Below, one piece after another: positions 27,320 through 37,201 of a stretch of DNA of 64,000 nucleotides (position 1 is the stretch's first letter; each line of letters begins with the position of its first letter). A program made the translations under genes and the position numbers. The notes beneath the pieces were generated by a model. The model was not told the origin of the DNA. It worked only from the letters and a program-made list of their open reading frames with translations, and ran no database searches. Origin of the DNA: a virus (taxonomy: Duplodnaviria; Caudoviricetes); IMG/VR virus record IMGVR_UViG_3300014208_000024, positions 160,001-224,000 of that record. One strand, written 5' to 3'.

Positions 27320-28309
27320 ATGGTAAAAATTTATACAGCAGCACACAAGAGGTGTGATTTTATTACAATGCAATATAATTCGATAAAAAAACACGTTAAG
27401 GGTGGATTTGAATACATCGTGTTAAACAATGCTATCGATTGTCAATCTCAGTCTCAACAAATATATAAAGTGTGTAAAGAACTTGGGGTAAAATGTTTGA
27501 TGGTAGAAAAGTGTTCACAACTAAATGTTGATTTTGGAAAAATATTTAAAAACAACGGATATTCAGACGCAAGTAATGCATTATACTATCCAGTGACCTG
27601 GGCGTTCCAAAAAATAATGCAAGATAATGATAAAATATGTTTTATTGATTCTGATATGTTTTTTACAAGAGACATCAATCTCTCAAGCATAATGGATGAT
27701 TCAGAGTTTATTTTTTTCCCACAGTATAGAAATGGATTTTTATACATTACTCCAGCACTAATTTGTATAGACACAAATAAAGTTAAAAACTTTAGAGAAT
27801 TAGATTGGGGATTTTATTATAGCCAAGGCGTTTCTACTGATGTTGGTGGAAAAACTAATGAGTTTTTAAAAAACAACGAAAAAATAAATAAAAAATACCT
27901 TGAACAATATACTCTTTATGATATTGTAATGGATAAAGAATTAGTAAAAGTTCATTTTATAATCAACGGAAATATTAATTATGAAATTATAGAAAACTAT
28001 CTTAAAAATGAATTGATCTCAATAAAACACATAAATGGACAAATTCCAATAAGTGAAAAAAAGTCTTTTATTCACCAAATTGAAAATGATAATTATCCAC
28101 AAAAAATATATTCAGAATACTTAAAAATAAAAAAATATATTGATGTAGAAAATTTACCAAAGCCCCTACAATTAGGATTTGTCAAAATAATGGATGATGA
28201 AGAATTTTTTATATTACATTACACAATAGGGTCTAATTATGCAAACTATTGTACAGATGTGTACAACGATGCAAAAACAAAAATCACAAATAAAATATTA
28301 AATTTATAA
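27320..28309 (+). CDS. GT-A fold glycosyltransferase-like protein
   Basis: ICFIDSDMFF DxD motif, TDVGG, and FILHY..GSNY at the C-terminus. Confidence 0.6.
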   Translation: MVKIYTAAHKRCDFITMQYNSIKKHVKGGFEYIVLNNAIDCQSQSQQIYKVCKELGVKCLMVEKCSQLNVDFGKIFKNNGYSDASNALYYPVTWAFQKIMQDNDKICFIDSDMFFTRDINLSSIMDDSEFIFFPQYRNGFLYITPALICIDTNKVKNFRELDWGFYYSQGVSTDVGGKTNEFLKNNEKINKKYLEQYTLYDIVMDKELVKVHFIINGNINYEIIENYLKNELISIKHINGQIPISEKKSFIHQIENDNYPQKIYSEYLKIKKYIDVENLPKPLQLGFVKIMDDEEFFILHYTIGSNYANYCTDVYNDAKTKITNKILNL

Positions 28310-28311
28310 TA

Positions 28312-28343
28312 TTTGTTTTTTTATAAAAAATTTATTATATTTA
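28312..28343 (+). promoter_or_regulatory. Internal Bacteroidota-type promoter
   Basis: TTTG (28312-28315), 20 nt, TATATTTA (28336-28343), in one of the few intergenic gaps of the island. Confidence 0.55.
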
Positions 28344-28358
28344 ACTAAAAATAAAATT

Positions 28359-28979
28359 ATGCAAAAACAATCAATTAGGCAATTAATCAATTCAGCATCA
28401 CCTGTAATATTTGAAATAGGTGCAGCAAACGGAGAAGATACTTTAGAATTTATAAACACATTTAATGATTTAAATTTTAAAATGTACTGTTTTGAACCTG
28501 ATCTAAGGAACATAGATGCTTTTAAAAAAAGAATAAATGATCCAAGAGTTAAGTTGTTTGAAATGGCCGTCGGTGATAAAGATGGAAGGGCAATTTTTAA
28601 CCAATCTGCTGATATTTATAATTTATCTTCTTCTTTAAAAAAGCCAAATATGGTTAATATGAAGGCAACGTGGCCACTAATGGAATTTGATAAAACATAT
28701 GAGGTGGATGTTATTACAATAGATACATTTTTACAACAACAAAATATTCCCTTGGTTGATTTTATATGGGCAGATGTTCAAGGTGCGGAAGATCTTATGA
28801 TAAATGGTGCAAAAAACAGTTTGATTGACAAAATAAGATTCCTTTTTACAGAATATAGTGATGTGGAATATTACGAAAATGAACCAAACTTAAATGAAAT
28901 AAAAAGACTTATGGGTGATACTTGGGATATTATACAAATTTTTAGAGCAGATGTTTTGTTAAAAAATAGAAATTTATAA
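28359..28979 (+). CDS. FkbM-family methyltransferase
   Basis: IFEIGAANGED, CFEPDLRN, AVGDKDG, SSSLKKP and FIWADVQGAE. Confidence 0.9.
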   Translation: MQKQSIRQLINSASPVIFEIGAANGEDTLEFINTFNDLNFKMYCFEPDLRNIDAFKKRINDPRVKLFEMAVGDKDGRAIFNQSADIYNLSSSLKKPNMVNMKATWPLMEFDKTYEVDVITIDTFLQQQNIPLVDFIWADVQGAEDLMINGAKNSLIDKIRFLFTEYSDVEYYENEPNLNEIKRLMGDTWDIIQIFRADVLLKNRNL

Positions 28980-28983
28980 ATAC

Positions 28984-29781
28984 ATGGAAACAAACGATTG
29001 TAATATTGGATGGGAAAAGTGTCCTAAAGATAAGCTGGAAAATTATCTACAAAAGTGTACATTGTTTTCAAATAATGATGAATTTTTTAAAAATTTTAGA
29101 AGAGATTCGGATTATGAAGTTATCACTGGAGATGGGGGAGAAATTCTTGGTAAAATGTACATAGAAAACATAAAAGAAAAAAATGAATTTGGCTTTCTTC
29201 TGGATAACATAAGTTTATTTAAAGAAAATGACTTAATTGGAAATCCAAGAATTTTTGAATATGAAAAAATTGGGAAAATATCTGGAGCAACACTTAGATA
29301 TGTAAGTAATTTAATAAACATTAAATCTTTATTGGGGAATTATAAACCAAAAAAAATAGTGGAAGTTGGTGCTGGATATGGAGGTTTATGTAAAATTATA
29401 AGTACGATTTATTGTTTTGATGAATATGTAATAATAGACTTACCACAAGTAATAAGTTTTTGTAAAAAATATATTGAAAAATTTGATGTTTTAAAAAATA
29501 AAATAAGATTTATTTCATCTGATGATGATGTAAAGGAAGAAAATATTGATTTGTTTATAAGTGATGCTGCGTTTTCAGAACTTAGTATAGAATATCAAAA
29601 TAAATATATAAATAATTTTATTAAAAATTCACAATACAGTTATGTTTCATTTAACACATGTCACATATTAAAATCAAAAGGTGAATGCCAAAATTTCTCA
29701 GACATATTACAAGAAACAAATTCAATAAATACCTTTATAGAAAATGACGGGAGATTAATTTATAATTTAAAAAAAATTTAA
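28984..29781 (+). CDS. Putative sugar O-methyltransferase
   Basis: IGNPRIFEY, ATLRYV, IVEVGAGYGGLC, IIDLP and AFSEL. Confidence 0.8.
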   Translation: METNDCNIGWEKCPKDKLENYLQKCTLFSNNDEFFKNFRRDSDYEVITGDGGEILGKMYIENIKEKNEFGFLLDNISLFKENDLIGNPRIFEYEKIGKISGATLRYVSNLINIKSLLGNYKPKKIVEVGAGYGGLCKIISTIYCFDEYVIIDLPQVISFCKKYIEKFDVLKNKIRFISSDDDVKEENIDLFISDAAFSELSIEYQNKYINNFIKNSQYSYVSFNTCHILKSKGECQNFSDILQETNSINTFIENDGRLIYNLKKI

Positions 29782-29782
29782 T

Positions 29783-30475
29783 ATGATATTATACAATAAA
29801 ACAAAATTTGATAAATTGAAATACAAATTTAGTTTATCAGAAACAATAGAAAGAAATTATTCTCAAGCATATCAAGATATGTTTGTTTTGTCAATGTTAA
29901 ATGGTAAAAAAAATGGAACCTATATTGAAATAGGTGCCATGGATGCTGTTTTTATAAATAACACATATTTGTTAGAGCGTGATTTTGGCTGGAAAGGTTT
30001 ATCTATAGACATAGATTCATCATCAAAATCTACATTTAATAATAATGGTAGAAAAAATGATTTTATTTTAGGAGACGCATTGTTAATTGATTATGAAAAA
30101 GTTTTTGAACAAAACGGATATCCTAAACAAATAGATTATTTGCAACTGGATATAGAACCACAATCTCAAACGTTAGCTTGTCTTAAAAAACTTCCTCACG
30201 ATAAATATCGTTTTTCTGTAATAACATTTGAGACAGATTTTTATGACAAAACCGTAGACCCAAAAGAATCTTTAAAAAACAGAGAAGAATCGAGAGAGTT
30301 TTTGTTGTCTAAAGGATATGAAATGGTTGTAGGAAACCTTGCAAATGTTAGCAAAGATGATCCGTTTGAAGATTGGTATATTGACCCAAGTATTGTAAGC
30401 AAAGAAATTGTTAAAATATTTAAGAATTCTTCGGAATACAATAACACATCAGAGTCTTTTATGTTAAATCTATAA
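29783..30475 (+). CDS. FkbM-like methyltransferase
   Basis: YSQAYQD, KNGTYIEIGA, NNTYLLE..FGWKGLSID, IDYLQLDIEP and FEDWY. Confidence 0.82.
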   Translation: MILYNKTKFDKLKYKFSLSETIERNYSQAYQDMFVLSMLNGKKNGTYIEIGAMDAVFINNTYLLERDFGWKGLSIDIDSSSKSTFNNNGRKNDFILGDALLIDYEKVFEQNGYPKQIDYLQLDIEPQSQTLACLKKLPHDKYRFSVITFETDFYDKTVDPKESLKNREESREFLLSKGYEMVVGNLANVSKDDPFEDWYIDPSIVSKEIVKIFKNSSEYNNTSESFMLNL

Positions 30476-30477
30476 GA

Positions 30478-31470
30478 ATGATAACTACAGAAATTTATAA
30501 CGGACAAGGGCTGGGAAATCAAATGTGGGCATATTCAATTACTAGAGTAATTGCTGATCACAATAATTGTAAATTCTCAATTTTATCAAAACACCAATTT
30601 AAAGGAAAAGATTTTATGGATATTGATTTTGGTGAAGAGTTAAAAAATTATCCTTCCCACGATGGCCCATCATCAGATCTACCAGATGGAATCGAACATC
30701 ATTATATAGAAAAAAAAGAAGTCCATGCTTCATTAAATAACAATGTTGATATTTCAAGAACTGACGAAAAAATTTTTACAATTCCAATCAACACTAAAAT
30801 AGATGGGAATTTACAATCTACAAAATATATTAAAGGTAGAAGAGAAAAGATTTTAAGTTGGTTTAAAATTAAAGACGAATATAAACAATATGTTCCTGAC
30901 GAAAATGTTTGTTTAATTCATTTAAGGTGTGGAGATTATTATGGACAAAGAGATGTTTTTTTACCAATTTCTTATTACACAAACGCTATGAACATCATAA
31001 AAAACATTAATCCAAATGTAAGATTTTGTTGTGTAACAGATCAACCAGAAATTGCTGTAAATTTTTTTGGCAATGTACAAATCACAGGTTCTTCTGTAAA
31101 TGGAAAAAAAGACACAAATATGGCATCTCATCACCTTGGTGGGGATTTGGGAGTAGATTTTTCATATCTTAAAAATGCTAAATATTTAATTATACCTAAT
31201 TCTAGTTTTTCCTGGTGGGCAGCTTATTTAAATACTTCTGCTAAAATAATTATAGCGCCAAAATATTGGGCAAGGTTTAATATTTCAAATGATTTTTGGT
31301 CTACTGGAGACATTATTACAGATGAGTTTATGTATATTGATAGACAAGGAAAAATGTTTTCTCCAAAAGAATGTTGGGAAGAAAAAGAAAATTTCGTTAA
31401 AAACAACGAAAACTTACATATAAGTATAAGAGATCAACATTATAAAAACATATGGAGACCAGCGCTATGA
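30478..31470 (+). CDS. Alpha-1,2-fucosyltransferase-like (GT11)
   Basis: GQGLGNQM, HLRCGDY (HxRxGDY) and IPNSSFSWWAAYL. Confidence 0.9.
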   Translation: MITTEIYNGQGLGNQMWAYSITRVIADHNNCKFSILSKHQFKGKDFMDIDFGEELKNYPSHDGPSSDLPDGIEHHYIEKKEVHASLNNNVDISRTDEKIFTIPINTKIDGNLQSTKYIKGRREKILSWFKIKDEYKQYVPDENVCLIHLRCGDYYGQRDVFLPISYYTNAMNIIKNINPNVRFCCVTDQPEIAVNFFGNVQITGSSVNGKKDTNMASHHLGGDLGVDFSYLKNAKYLIIPNSSFSWWAAYLNTSAKIIIAPKYWARFNISNDFWSTGDIITDEFMYIDRQGKMFSPKECWEEKENFVKNNENLHISIRDQHYKNIWRPAL

Positions 31471-32240
31471 AAATGTATTGTATAGTTGGAAAAAGTAGAG
31501 AAAGCCAAAATGTTTGTTATTCTTATAATCACATGTATCTACCTCTTGCAAAATATGGAAATTGTTACACAGGAGAGTTTCAAGAAAACACAACTCATGT
31601 TTTATTCATTGATGTTATACAAAATGTTGGAAAAATGAGAGGTGAGATTAACGAATTTAAAAAAAATGGTATAAAAATAATAGGAGTAACTTTTGATCCT
31701 GCAAATTTTGCAGACACAGATTGTTATATTGCAGAAAAACTTTTAGATAAACTTTTTCTTTTTGATAAACAATTTAAAAATCGCTTTGATTTTAATGTTT
31801 GTGTCTCTGATTTATTTTTAAACCAAGATTTATTTCCACCTTTATATGAAGGAGAACATAACGGGGTGTGTTATTTTGGACATCTTATAAAAGCGTATGA
31901 AAGAACTAATGAATATAATCTACCAGTAATTGAAGATTTCAGTAGTTATCCAGCACTTTATGAAAAAGTTCAAAAATATAATGGAGTTTGTGTATATGAT
32001 ACAGGAAGAGGAGAAGATCCAAATGTAGTAGTTCACCATAATAAAGCCAAAGCACTAGAAGCTTTAATGTGTGGAGTAAATGCATATTGTCAAGATGGTA
32101 TAAAAACAATAAATTATGATAAATATTTGAAAAAATTTGACCAAATTCCAAACCCCGTTCCAATAGATTTTGACAGAGAAGAAATTTTTAAAATAAACGA
32201 AAAGGTTGTTAAAGAATTTTTAACAGAATGTGAAAAATAA
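31452..32240 (+). CDS. Hypothetical protein in the glycan island (possibly GT-B-related)
   Basis: Translationally coupled 262-aa ORF. NKAKALEALMCG resembles a GT-B donor-binding helix (weak). Confidence 0.5.
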   Translation: METSAMKMYCIVGKSRESQNVCYSYNHMYLPLAKYGNCYTGEFQENTTHVLFIDVIQNVGKMRGEINEFKKNGIKIIGVTFDPANFADTDCYIAEKLLDKLFLFDKQFKNRFDFNVCVSDLFLNQDLFPPLYEGEHNGVCYFGHLIKAYERTNEYNLPVIEDFSSYPALYEKVQKYNGVCVYDTGRGEDPNVVVHHNKAKALEALMCGVNAYCQDGIKTINYDKYLKKFDQIPNPVPIDFDREEIFKINEKVVKEFLTECEK

Positions 32241-33123
32241 AAAATATAATATGAAAAAAAGAAAAATTTATGATTGTTTTGCGTTTTTTAATGAATTAGA
32301 TTTATTGGAATTAAGATTGAACATATTAGACCAATATGTGGATTATTTTATCATTTCAGAAGCATCTGTTACGCACACTGGAAAAGAAAAGCCTTTTTAT
32401 TTTGAAGAAAATAAAAAAAGATATGAAAAATTTTTACCAAAAATAATACACTTAAAAATAGAAGATACGCCATCAAATTTTGTTAACTTACAAATAATTC
32501 AAGAACCAAAAACAAAAGATGAAGAATATTTGAATGAAATATATGAGTTCATTAGAAAACAAACTAATGCTTTTAACATTCATACTCAAAGTGAATATGG
32601 AAGAGATTTTTTTCAAAAAGAATGTATAAGGCGTGGAATGCAAACGTGTAACGATGAAGACATTATAATTTCTTCAGATTGTGATGAAATTCCAAATCCA
32701 GAAATTTTAAAAAATTTGGATTCTTTTTTTGAACCAAACAAGATGTATACATTTAATCAAACAATGTATTATTATTATCTTAATGTTCTCAAAGAACTTA
32801 ATTGGAAAGGATCAAGAATGGGAACGTTTGGTGAATTAAAAAATTATTCATATTGTCAATTAAGAATTCAAGATAATATAAACATTGAAAATGGGGGGTG
32901 GCATTTTAGTTTTATGGGTGGAGCTGAAAAAGTTAAAGAAAAAATTCAATCTTTTTCTGCTCAAGAAATGAACAACAGTAATGTAATTAACAGTATTTCT
33001 TCTAACATGGAAAACAATGTGGACCCATTTTTTAGGTGTAAATTAAAAAAAGTTGATATTGATAGTTCATATCCAAAATATATTTTAGAAAATTTAGAAA
33101 GTTATAAACACATGGTTAAATGA
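32230..33123 (+). CDS. Glycosyltransferase family 17 (MGAT3/GnT-III-like)
   Basis: IYDCFAFFNELDLLELRL, YFIISEA..THTGKEKP, ISSDCDEIP and GGWHFSF. The start may be a later Met. Confidence 0.88.
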   Translation: MKNKKYNMKKRKIYDCFAFFNELDLLELRLNILDQYVDYFIISEASVTHTGKEKPFYFEENKKRYEKFLPKIIHLKIEDTPSNFVNLQIIQEPKTKDEEYLNEIYEFIRKQTNAFNIHTQSEYGRDFFQKECIRRGMQTCNDEDIIISSDCDEIPNPEILKNLDSFFEPNKMYTFNQTMYYYYLNVLKELNWKGSRMGTFGELKNYSYCQLRIQDNINIENGGWHFSFMGGAEKVKEKIQSFSAQEMNNSNVINSISSNMENNVDPFFRCKLKKVDIDSSYPKYILENLESYKHMVK

Positions 33124-33842
33124 TATCTTTAGCTACAACTGTTTATGATAAGAATTTAGATTTTGTTTTATCAAATGATAGCTGGTTTTTAAATTATGAA
33201 AACGAGCTTATAAAAGAAAAAATCTTAGTTGTAAATAACATTTCAAACAAAGACGTTTTTTTGGAAAAAATTCAAAAAAATGAAAAGGCAAAACTTTTAA
33301 ACGTTGTATTTGTAGATTTATTTAAAGAAGAAGCAAAAAAGTTTTTTAACATAAATATAAACGAAAGCACTCTTGGATATTTTTACACTATTCAATATTT
33401 TGTTTTGTTGTTAAAATGCAACAATCCATTTTTATTTAATGTAAGTACAGATTGTACATTAAATTTTGAAAAAGATTTTCTTTATGATTCGATTGATGAG
33501 TTAAAAAAAAATGAACGTGCAATAGCAACGACAATTCCGTGGTGTACAAATGTAAATTGTGGCCTTGGAGAAGAAGAACGAACTTTTAAAATGATTGAAG
33601 AAGAGGAAAAACATCTTGATAAGTTTTATTATAGTGTGTTTTTTTCAGATCAAGTTTTTTTGTCAGATGTAGAAAAAATGAAAAAAATAAACTTTAACAC
33701 AAATCATCCATTGTCCAATTTTTTTCCAATATATGGAGGAAATTGTTTCGAAAAGCGTGTTTGTAGTCATTTTTTAACAGAAAAAAACTTTAGATTAGTT
33801 TATAAAAAACACAATTACATTCATCCAAATAATCTATATTAA
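33120..33842 (+). CDS. Hypothetical protein in the glycan island
   Basis: Coupled ORF of 240 aa. No confident motif. Confidence 0.55.
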   Translation: MISLATTVYDKNLDFVLSNDSWFLNYENELIKEKILVVNNISNKDVFLEKIQKNEKAKLLNVVFVDLFKEEAKKFFNININESTLGYFYTIQYFVLLLKCNNPFLFNVSTDCTLNFEKDFLYDSIDELKKNERAIATTIPWCTNVNCGLGEEERTFKMIEEEEKHLDKFYYSVFFSDQVFLSDVEKMKKINFNTNHPLSNFFPIYGGNCFEKRVCSHFLTEKNFRLVYKKHNYIHPNNLY

Positions 33843-33859
33843 AAAACTCCTTTGTTTTC

Positions 33860-33890
33860 TTGATATATTCTTTTGATTTTATTATATTTG
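33860..33890 (+). promoter_or_regulatory. Internal Bacteroidota-type promoter
   Basis: TTG (33860-33862), 20 nt, TATATTTG (33883-33890). Confidence 0.65.
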
Positions 33891-33908
33891 TGAACAAAAC
33901 TTTAATAA

Positions 33909-35228
33909 ATGACAAAAACATCTGTTCACGAACAAATAGAAAATTTAATTAATAGTATTGGAAAAGAATTTAACACACTCAAATATGTTTATAACGATGC
34001 TAAGTTTGTTCCAGGAACTACTCCAGCTTATTATTCTGGTCCTTATTGGGATTCAACAGAAATAGTAGAAGCAATAAAATCTCTTATATTAGGCTCTTGG
34101 CTTTCTGCTGGAGAAAATGTTGATTTATTTGAAAAAGTTTTTTCTATTAAATTTAACCAAAGACATTCAGTTATGGTTAATTCTGGTAGCTCTGCTAATT
34201 TAATGTTAATTGCTGCATTAAAAAAAGTTTTTGGATGGAAAGATGGTGATGAAATAATTTTGTCTGTCGTTGGTTTCCCAACAACATTATCTGCAATTGT
34301 AATTAACAATTTAAAACCTGTCTTTATAGACATAGAAATTGATACTTTAAATTTTGATTTATCTTTAATTGAAAAAAATATAAATTCAAAAACAAAAGCA
34401 ATATTTTTATCTCCAGTTTTAGGAAACACATGTGATATTGATTTTCTCGTAGAATTATGTAACAAAAAAAACATTATGCTTGTTTTGGATAATTGTGATA
34501 GTTTAGGGAGTAAATGGAATGGGAAATTTTTAAACGAATACGCAATTGCATCTTCTCAATCTTTTTATCCAGCACATCATATTACCACTGGAGAGGGTGG
34601 AATGGTCTGTTCAGACAATTATGAAATCATAAAAACAGCAAGAAGTATAGCTTGGTGGGGAAGAGATTGTTCTTGTGTTGGATCTCAAAACATAATACCA
34701 AATGGAATATGTAAAAAAAGATTTGCAAAATGGCTTCCAGATTATGATAAAATTATAGATCACAAATATTTTTTTGTAAACTTAGGATATAATTTAAAAC
34801 CATTAGATTTACAAGGATCAATTGGACAAGTTCAAATAAAAAAATTTGATGAAATTCACAAAAAACGTGTTAACAGTAAAAATAAAATACAAAAAATATT
34901 TGAAAAATATATTCCAGAAGCAAGAATAATAAACGAATTACCAAAAGCATCAACATCTTGGTTTGGAACTCCAGTAATTTGTGACAATTATGATTTTAAA
35001 CAAAAACTTGTAACATATCTTGAAAAAAATAAAATACAAACAAGAAATTATTTTGCTGGAAACCTATTGTTACACCCCGCATACAAAGAATTTGGCGATT
35101 TTAAAGATTATCCAGTTGCAAATAGAGTTTTAGATGAAGTTTTTTTTGTTGGGGCCTCTCCACATTATAATGAAGAAATTTTTGGTTATTTCGAAACAGT
35201 TTTAAAAAATTTTAAAAATGAAAAGTAG
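33909..35228 (+). CDS. rfbH: CDP-4-keto-6-deoxyglucose 3-dehydrase-like (RfbH/AscC E1; DegT fold, His-type)
   Basis: SFYPAHHITTGEGG (His in place of the Schiff-base Lys), DNCDSLG, WGRDCSC...GICKKRF (Fe-S Cys cluster), HKYFF..LGYNLK and TRNYFAGN. Confidence 0.85.
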   Translation: MTKTSVHEQIENLINSIGKEFNTLKYVYNDAKFVPGTTPAYYSGPYWDSTEIVEAIKSLILGSWLSAGENVDLFEKVFSIKFNQRHSVMVNSGSSANLMLIAALKKVFGWKDGDEIILSVVGFPTTLSAIVINNLKPVFIDIEIDTLNFDLSLIEKNINSKTKAIFLSPVLGNTCDIDFLVELCNKKNIMLVLDNCDSLGSKWNGKFLNEYAIASSQSFYPAHHITTGEGGMVCSDNYEIIKTARSIAWWGRDCSCVGSQNIIPNGICKKRFAKWLPDYDKIIDHKYFFVNLGYNLKPLDLQGSIGQVQIKKFDEIHKKRVNSKNKIQKIFEKYIPEARIINELPKASTSWFGTPVICDNYDFKQKLVTYLEKNKIQTRNYFAGNLLLHPAYKEFGDFKDYPVANRVLDEVFFVGASPHYNEEIFGYFETVLKNFKNEK

Positions 35229-35910
35229 ATTAATTTTAGGAGATGGTCTTTTGGGGAGTCAAATTCACAAAATCACAAATTGGGATTTTATAAGTAGAAA
35301 AAAAAATAAAATTGATTTTAATAACATTCATTCATATTATGATTATTTAAATAACTATGAAGAAATAATTAACTGCATTGCAAATACAAACACATATTCT
35401 ACAGACAAAGATTTAATGTGGAAAACAAATGTGGTCGGGCTTTCTGATTTGGTTGACACATGTTCAATTTGTAAAAAAAAGATTATTCATATTTCATCAG
35501 ACTATATTTATTCCAATTCAATAGAGAATGCATCAGAAGAAGATGTTCCAGTGCATTGCGCAAACTGGTATGGATACACAAAACTCATAGGAGATGCATA
35601 TGTTCAACTAAAAGCTGGTGAATATTTACTAATAAGAACTACACAAAAGAAAAAACCATTTACTCATGAATGTGCATTTATAAATCAAATTGGTAACTTT
35701 GATTATGTTGACAAAATAGCTCCAATAATAGTTGATTTAATTGAAAAAAATGCCACAGGAGTATTTAATGTTGGAACCGAATTAAAAACTATGATGGATT
35801 TAGCAAAACAAACTAAAAATGATGTTAAACCAGGAACTTATTTGTTTGATCCAACAATGCCTACAAATGTTTCTATGAATATTAATAAATTAAAAAATTT
35901 TTTAAAATAA
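35218..35910 (+). CDS. RmlD-like NDP-4-keto-6-deoxysugar reductase
   Basis: LILGDGLLG, IHISSDYIY and WYGYTKL (YxxxK). Confidence 0.82.
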   Translation: MKSRLILGDGLLGSQIHKITNWDFISRKKNKIDFNNIHSYYDYLNNYEEIINCIANTNTYSTDKDLMWKTNVVGLSDLVDTCSICKKKIIHISSDYIYSNSIENASEEDVPVHCANWYGYTKLIGDAYVQLKAGEYLLIRTTQKKKPFTHECAFINQIGNFDYVDKIAPIIVDLIEKNATGVFNVGTELKTMMDLAKQTKNDVKPGTYLFDPTMPTNVSMNINKLKNFLK

Positions 35911-35916
35911 AATAAT

Positions 35917-36537
35917 ATGTACAACAGCCAGCACCTACAAGATAAATATATGAATGAAAATATCTTTAAAAATAAAAGAAATGGTGTTTTTTTAGATATT
36001 GGAGCCAATGATGGAATTGCTATAAACAATACTTTGTTTTTTGAAAAAGAACTTGGATGGACTGGGATATGTATAGAACCCTATCCTTCTATTTTTGAAA
36101 AACTAAAAAATAATAGAAGTTGCATTTGTATCAATGGTTGTATTGCTAAAGAAACGAAAAAAGATATTTTTTTAGAGGTTTCAGGATATCCAGCAATGCT
36201 TAGCGGATTAAAGTCGGAATATTGTGAAAAGCATTTACAAAGAATAGATTATGAAATAGGATTGTTTGGGGGATCTAAAAAAGAAATAGAAGTTCAATGC
36301 TACAACATAAACGAAGTCTTAACACAACATAATATGTTTAATATTGATTTTTGCAGCTTAGATATAGAAGGTGGAGAGTTTAATGTTCTTCAAACAATAG
36401 ATTTTGATAAAATAAACATACATGCTTTCAGTATAGAAAACGCATATAGTGAATCAAAATTTAAAAAATTTATGAAAACAAAAGGATATAAACTAATTGA
36501 TGTATTAGAGTGTGATGATATATATGTTAAACAATAA
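35917..36537 (+). CDS. FkbM-family methyltransferase
   Basis: YNSQHLQD, FLDIGANDG, NNTLFFEKELGWTGICIEP and SLDIEGGE. Confidence 0.9.
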   Translation: MYNSQHLQDKYMNENIFKNKRNGVFLDIGANDGIAINNTLFFEKELGWTGICIEPYPSIFEKLKNNRSCICINGCIAKETKKDIFLEVSGYPAMLSGLKSEYCEKHLQRIDYEIGLFGGSKKEIEVQCYNINEVLTQHNMFNIDFCSLDIEGGEFNVLQTIDFDKINIHAFSIENAYSESKFKKFMKTKGYKLIDVLECDDIYVKQ

Positions 36538-36548
36538 TTTTTAAAGCT

Positions 36549-37199
36549 ATGTTAAATTTTTATGGTCAAGAAAGAAAAATTCTAGTTTATTGCGGAATCA
36601 ATAACGGAGATGGTTTAATGGAAGAAATTAACGATTATGATATTATATATGGATTTGATGCAAATATTGATAAAGTAAAAATTTGTCAAGAAAGATTTAA
36701 ATCTAACATGAAAAAAACTTTTAAATTCTTTAATTATGCCCTAACAGAAAATGATAATGAATTTATTAGATTTAATATATTTGAAAACTGGGATGCCTCT
36801 TCTACAATCGGAACAGTTAATCCAGAATATGGACATTTAAAAAACGAAAATGGAGTTTTACACAATTCGCCTATAAAATCAATAGAGGTAAAAACTATAA
36901 ATTTGGGAAATTTTTTAAAAAAAATGGGCATAAAAAAAATTCACAAATTAGTCACTGACTTACAGGGATACGATTTAACGGTTTTAAAAACATTAAAAGA
37001 GTTTATCGATACTCAAAATATTGATATGATTAAAAGTGAAGTGGAATGGGATAAAACCCCTCCAATTCACATCAATTCACCTTCAAATAAATTTTCTGAT
37101 TTTGAAAAACTTTTTGATGGAAAATACGAAAAATACTGGCATCTTCCAGAATCAGAAGAGTGGTGGGAAACTGATATGGTCTTTATTCCTAAAAAATAA
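36549..37199 (+). CDS. Divergent FkbM-like methyltransferase
   Basis: LVYCGINNGD, YGFDAN, FNYALT, ASSTIG, VKTINL and LVTDLQGYD. Confidence 0.7.
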   Translation: MLNFYGQERKILVYCGINNGDGLMEEINDYDIIYGFDANIDKVKICQERFKSNMKKTFKFFNYALTENDNEFIRFNIFENWDASSTIGTVNPEYGHLKNENGVLHNSPIKSIEVKTINLGNFLKKMGIKKIHKLVTDLQGYDLTVLKTLKEFIDTQNIDMIKSEVEWDKTPPIHINSPSNKFSDFEKLFDGKYEKYWHLPESEEWWETDMVFIPKK

Positions 37200-37201
37200 G
37201 C

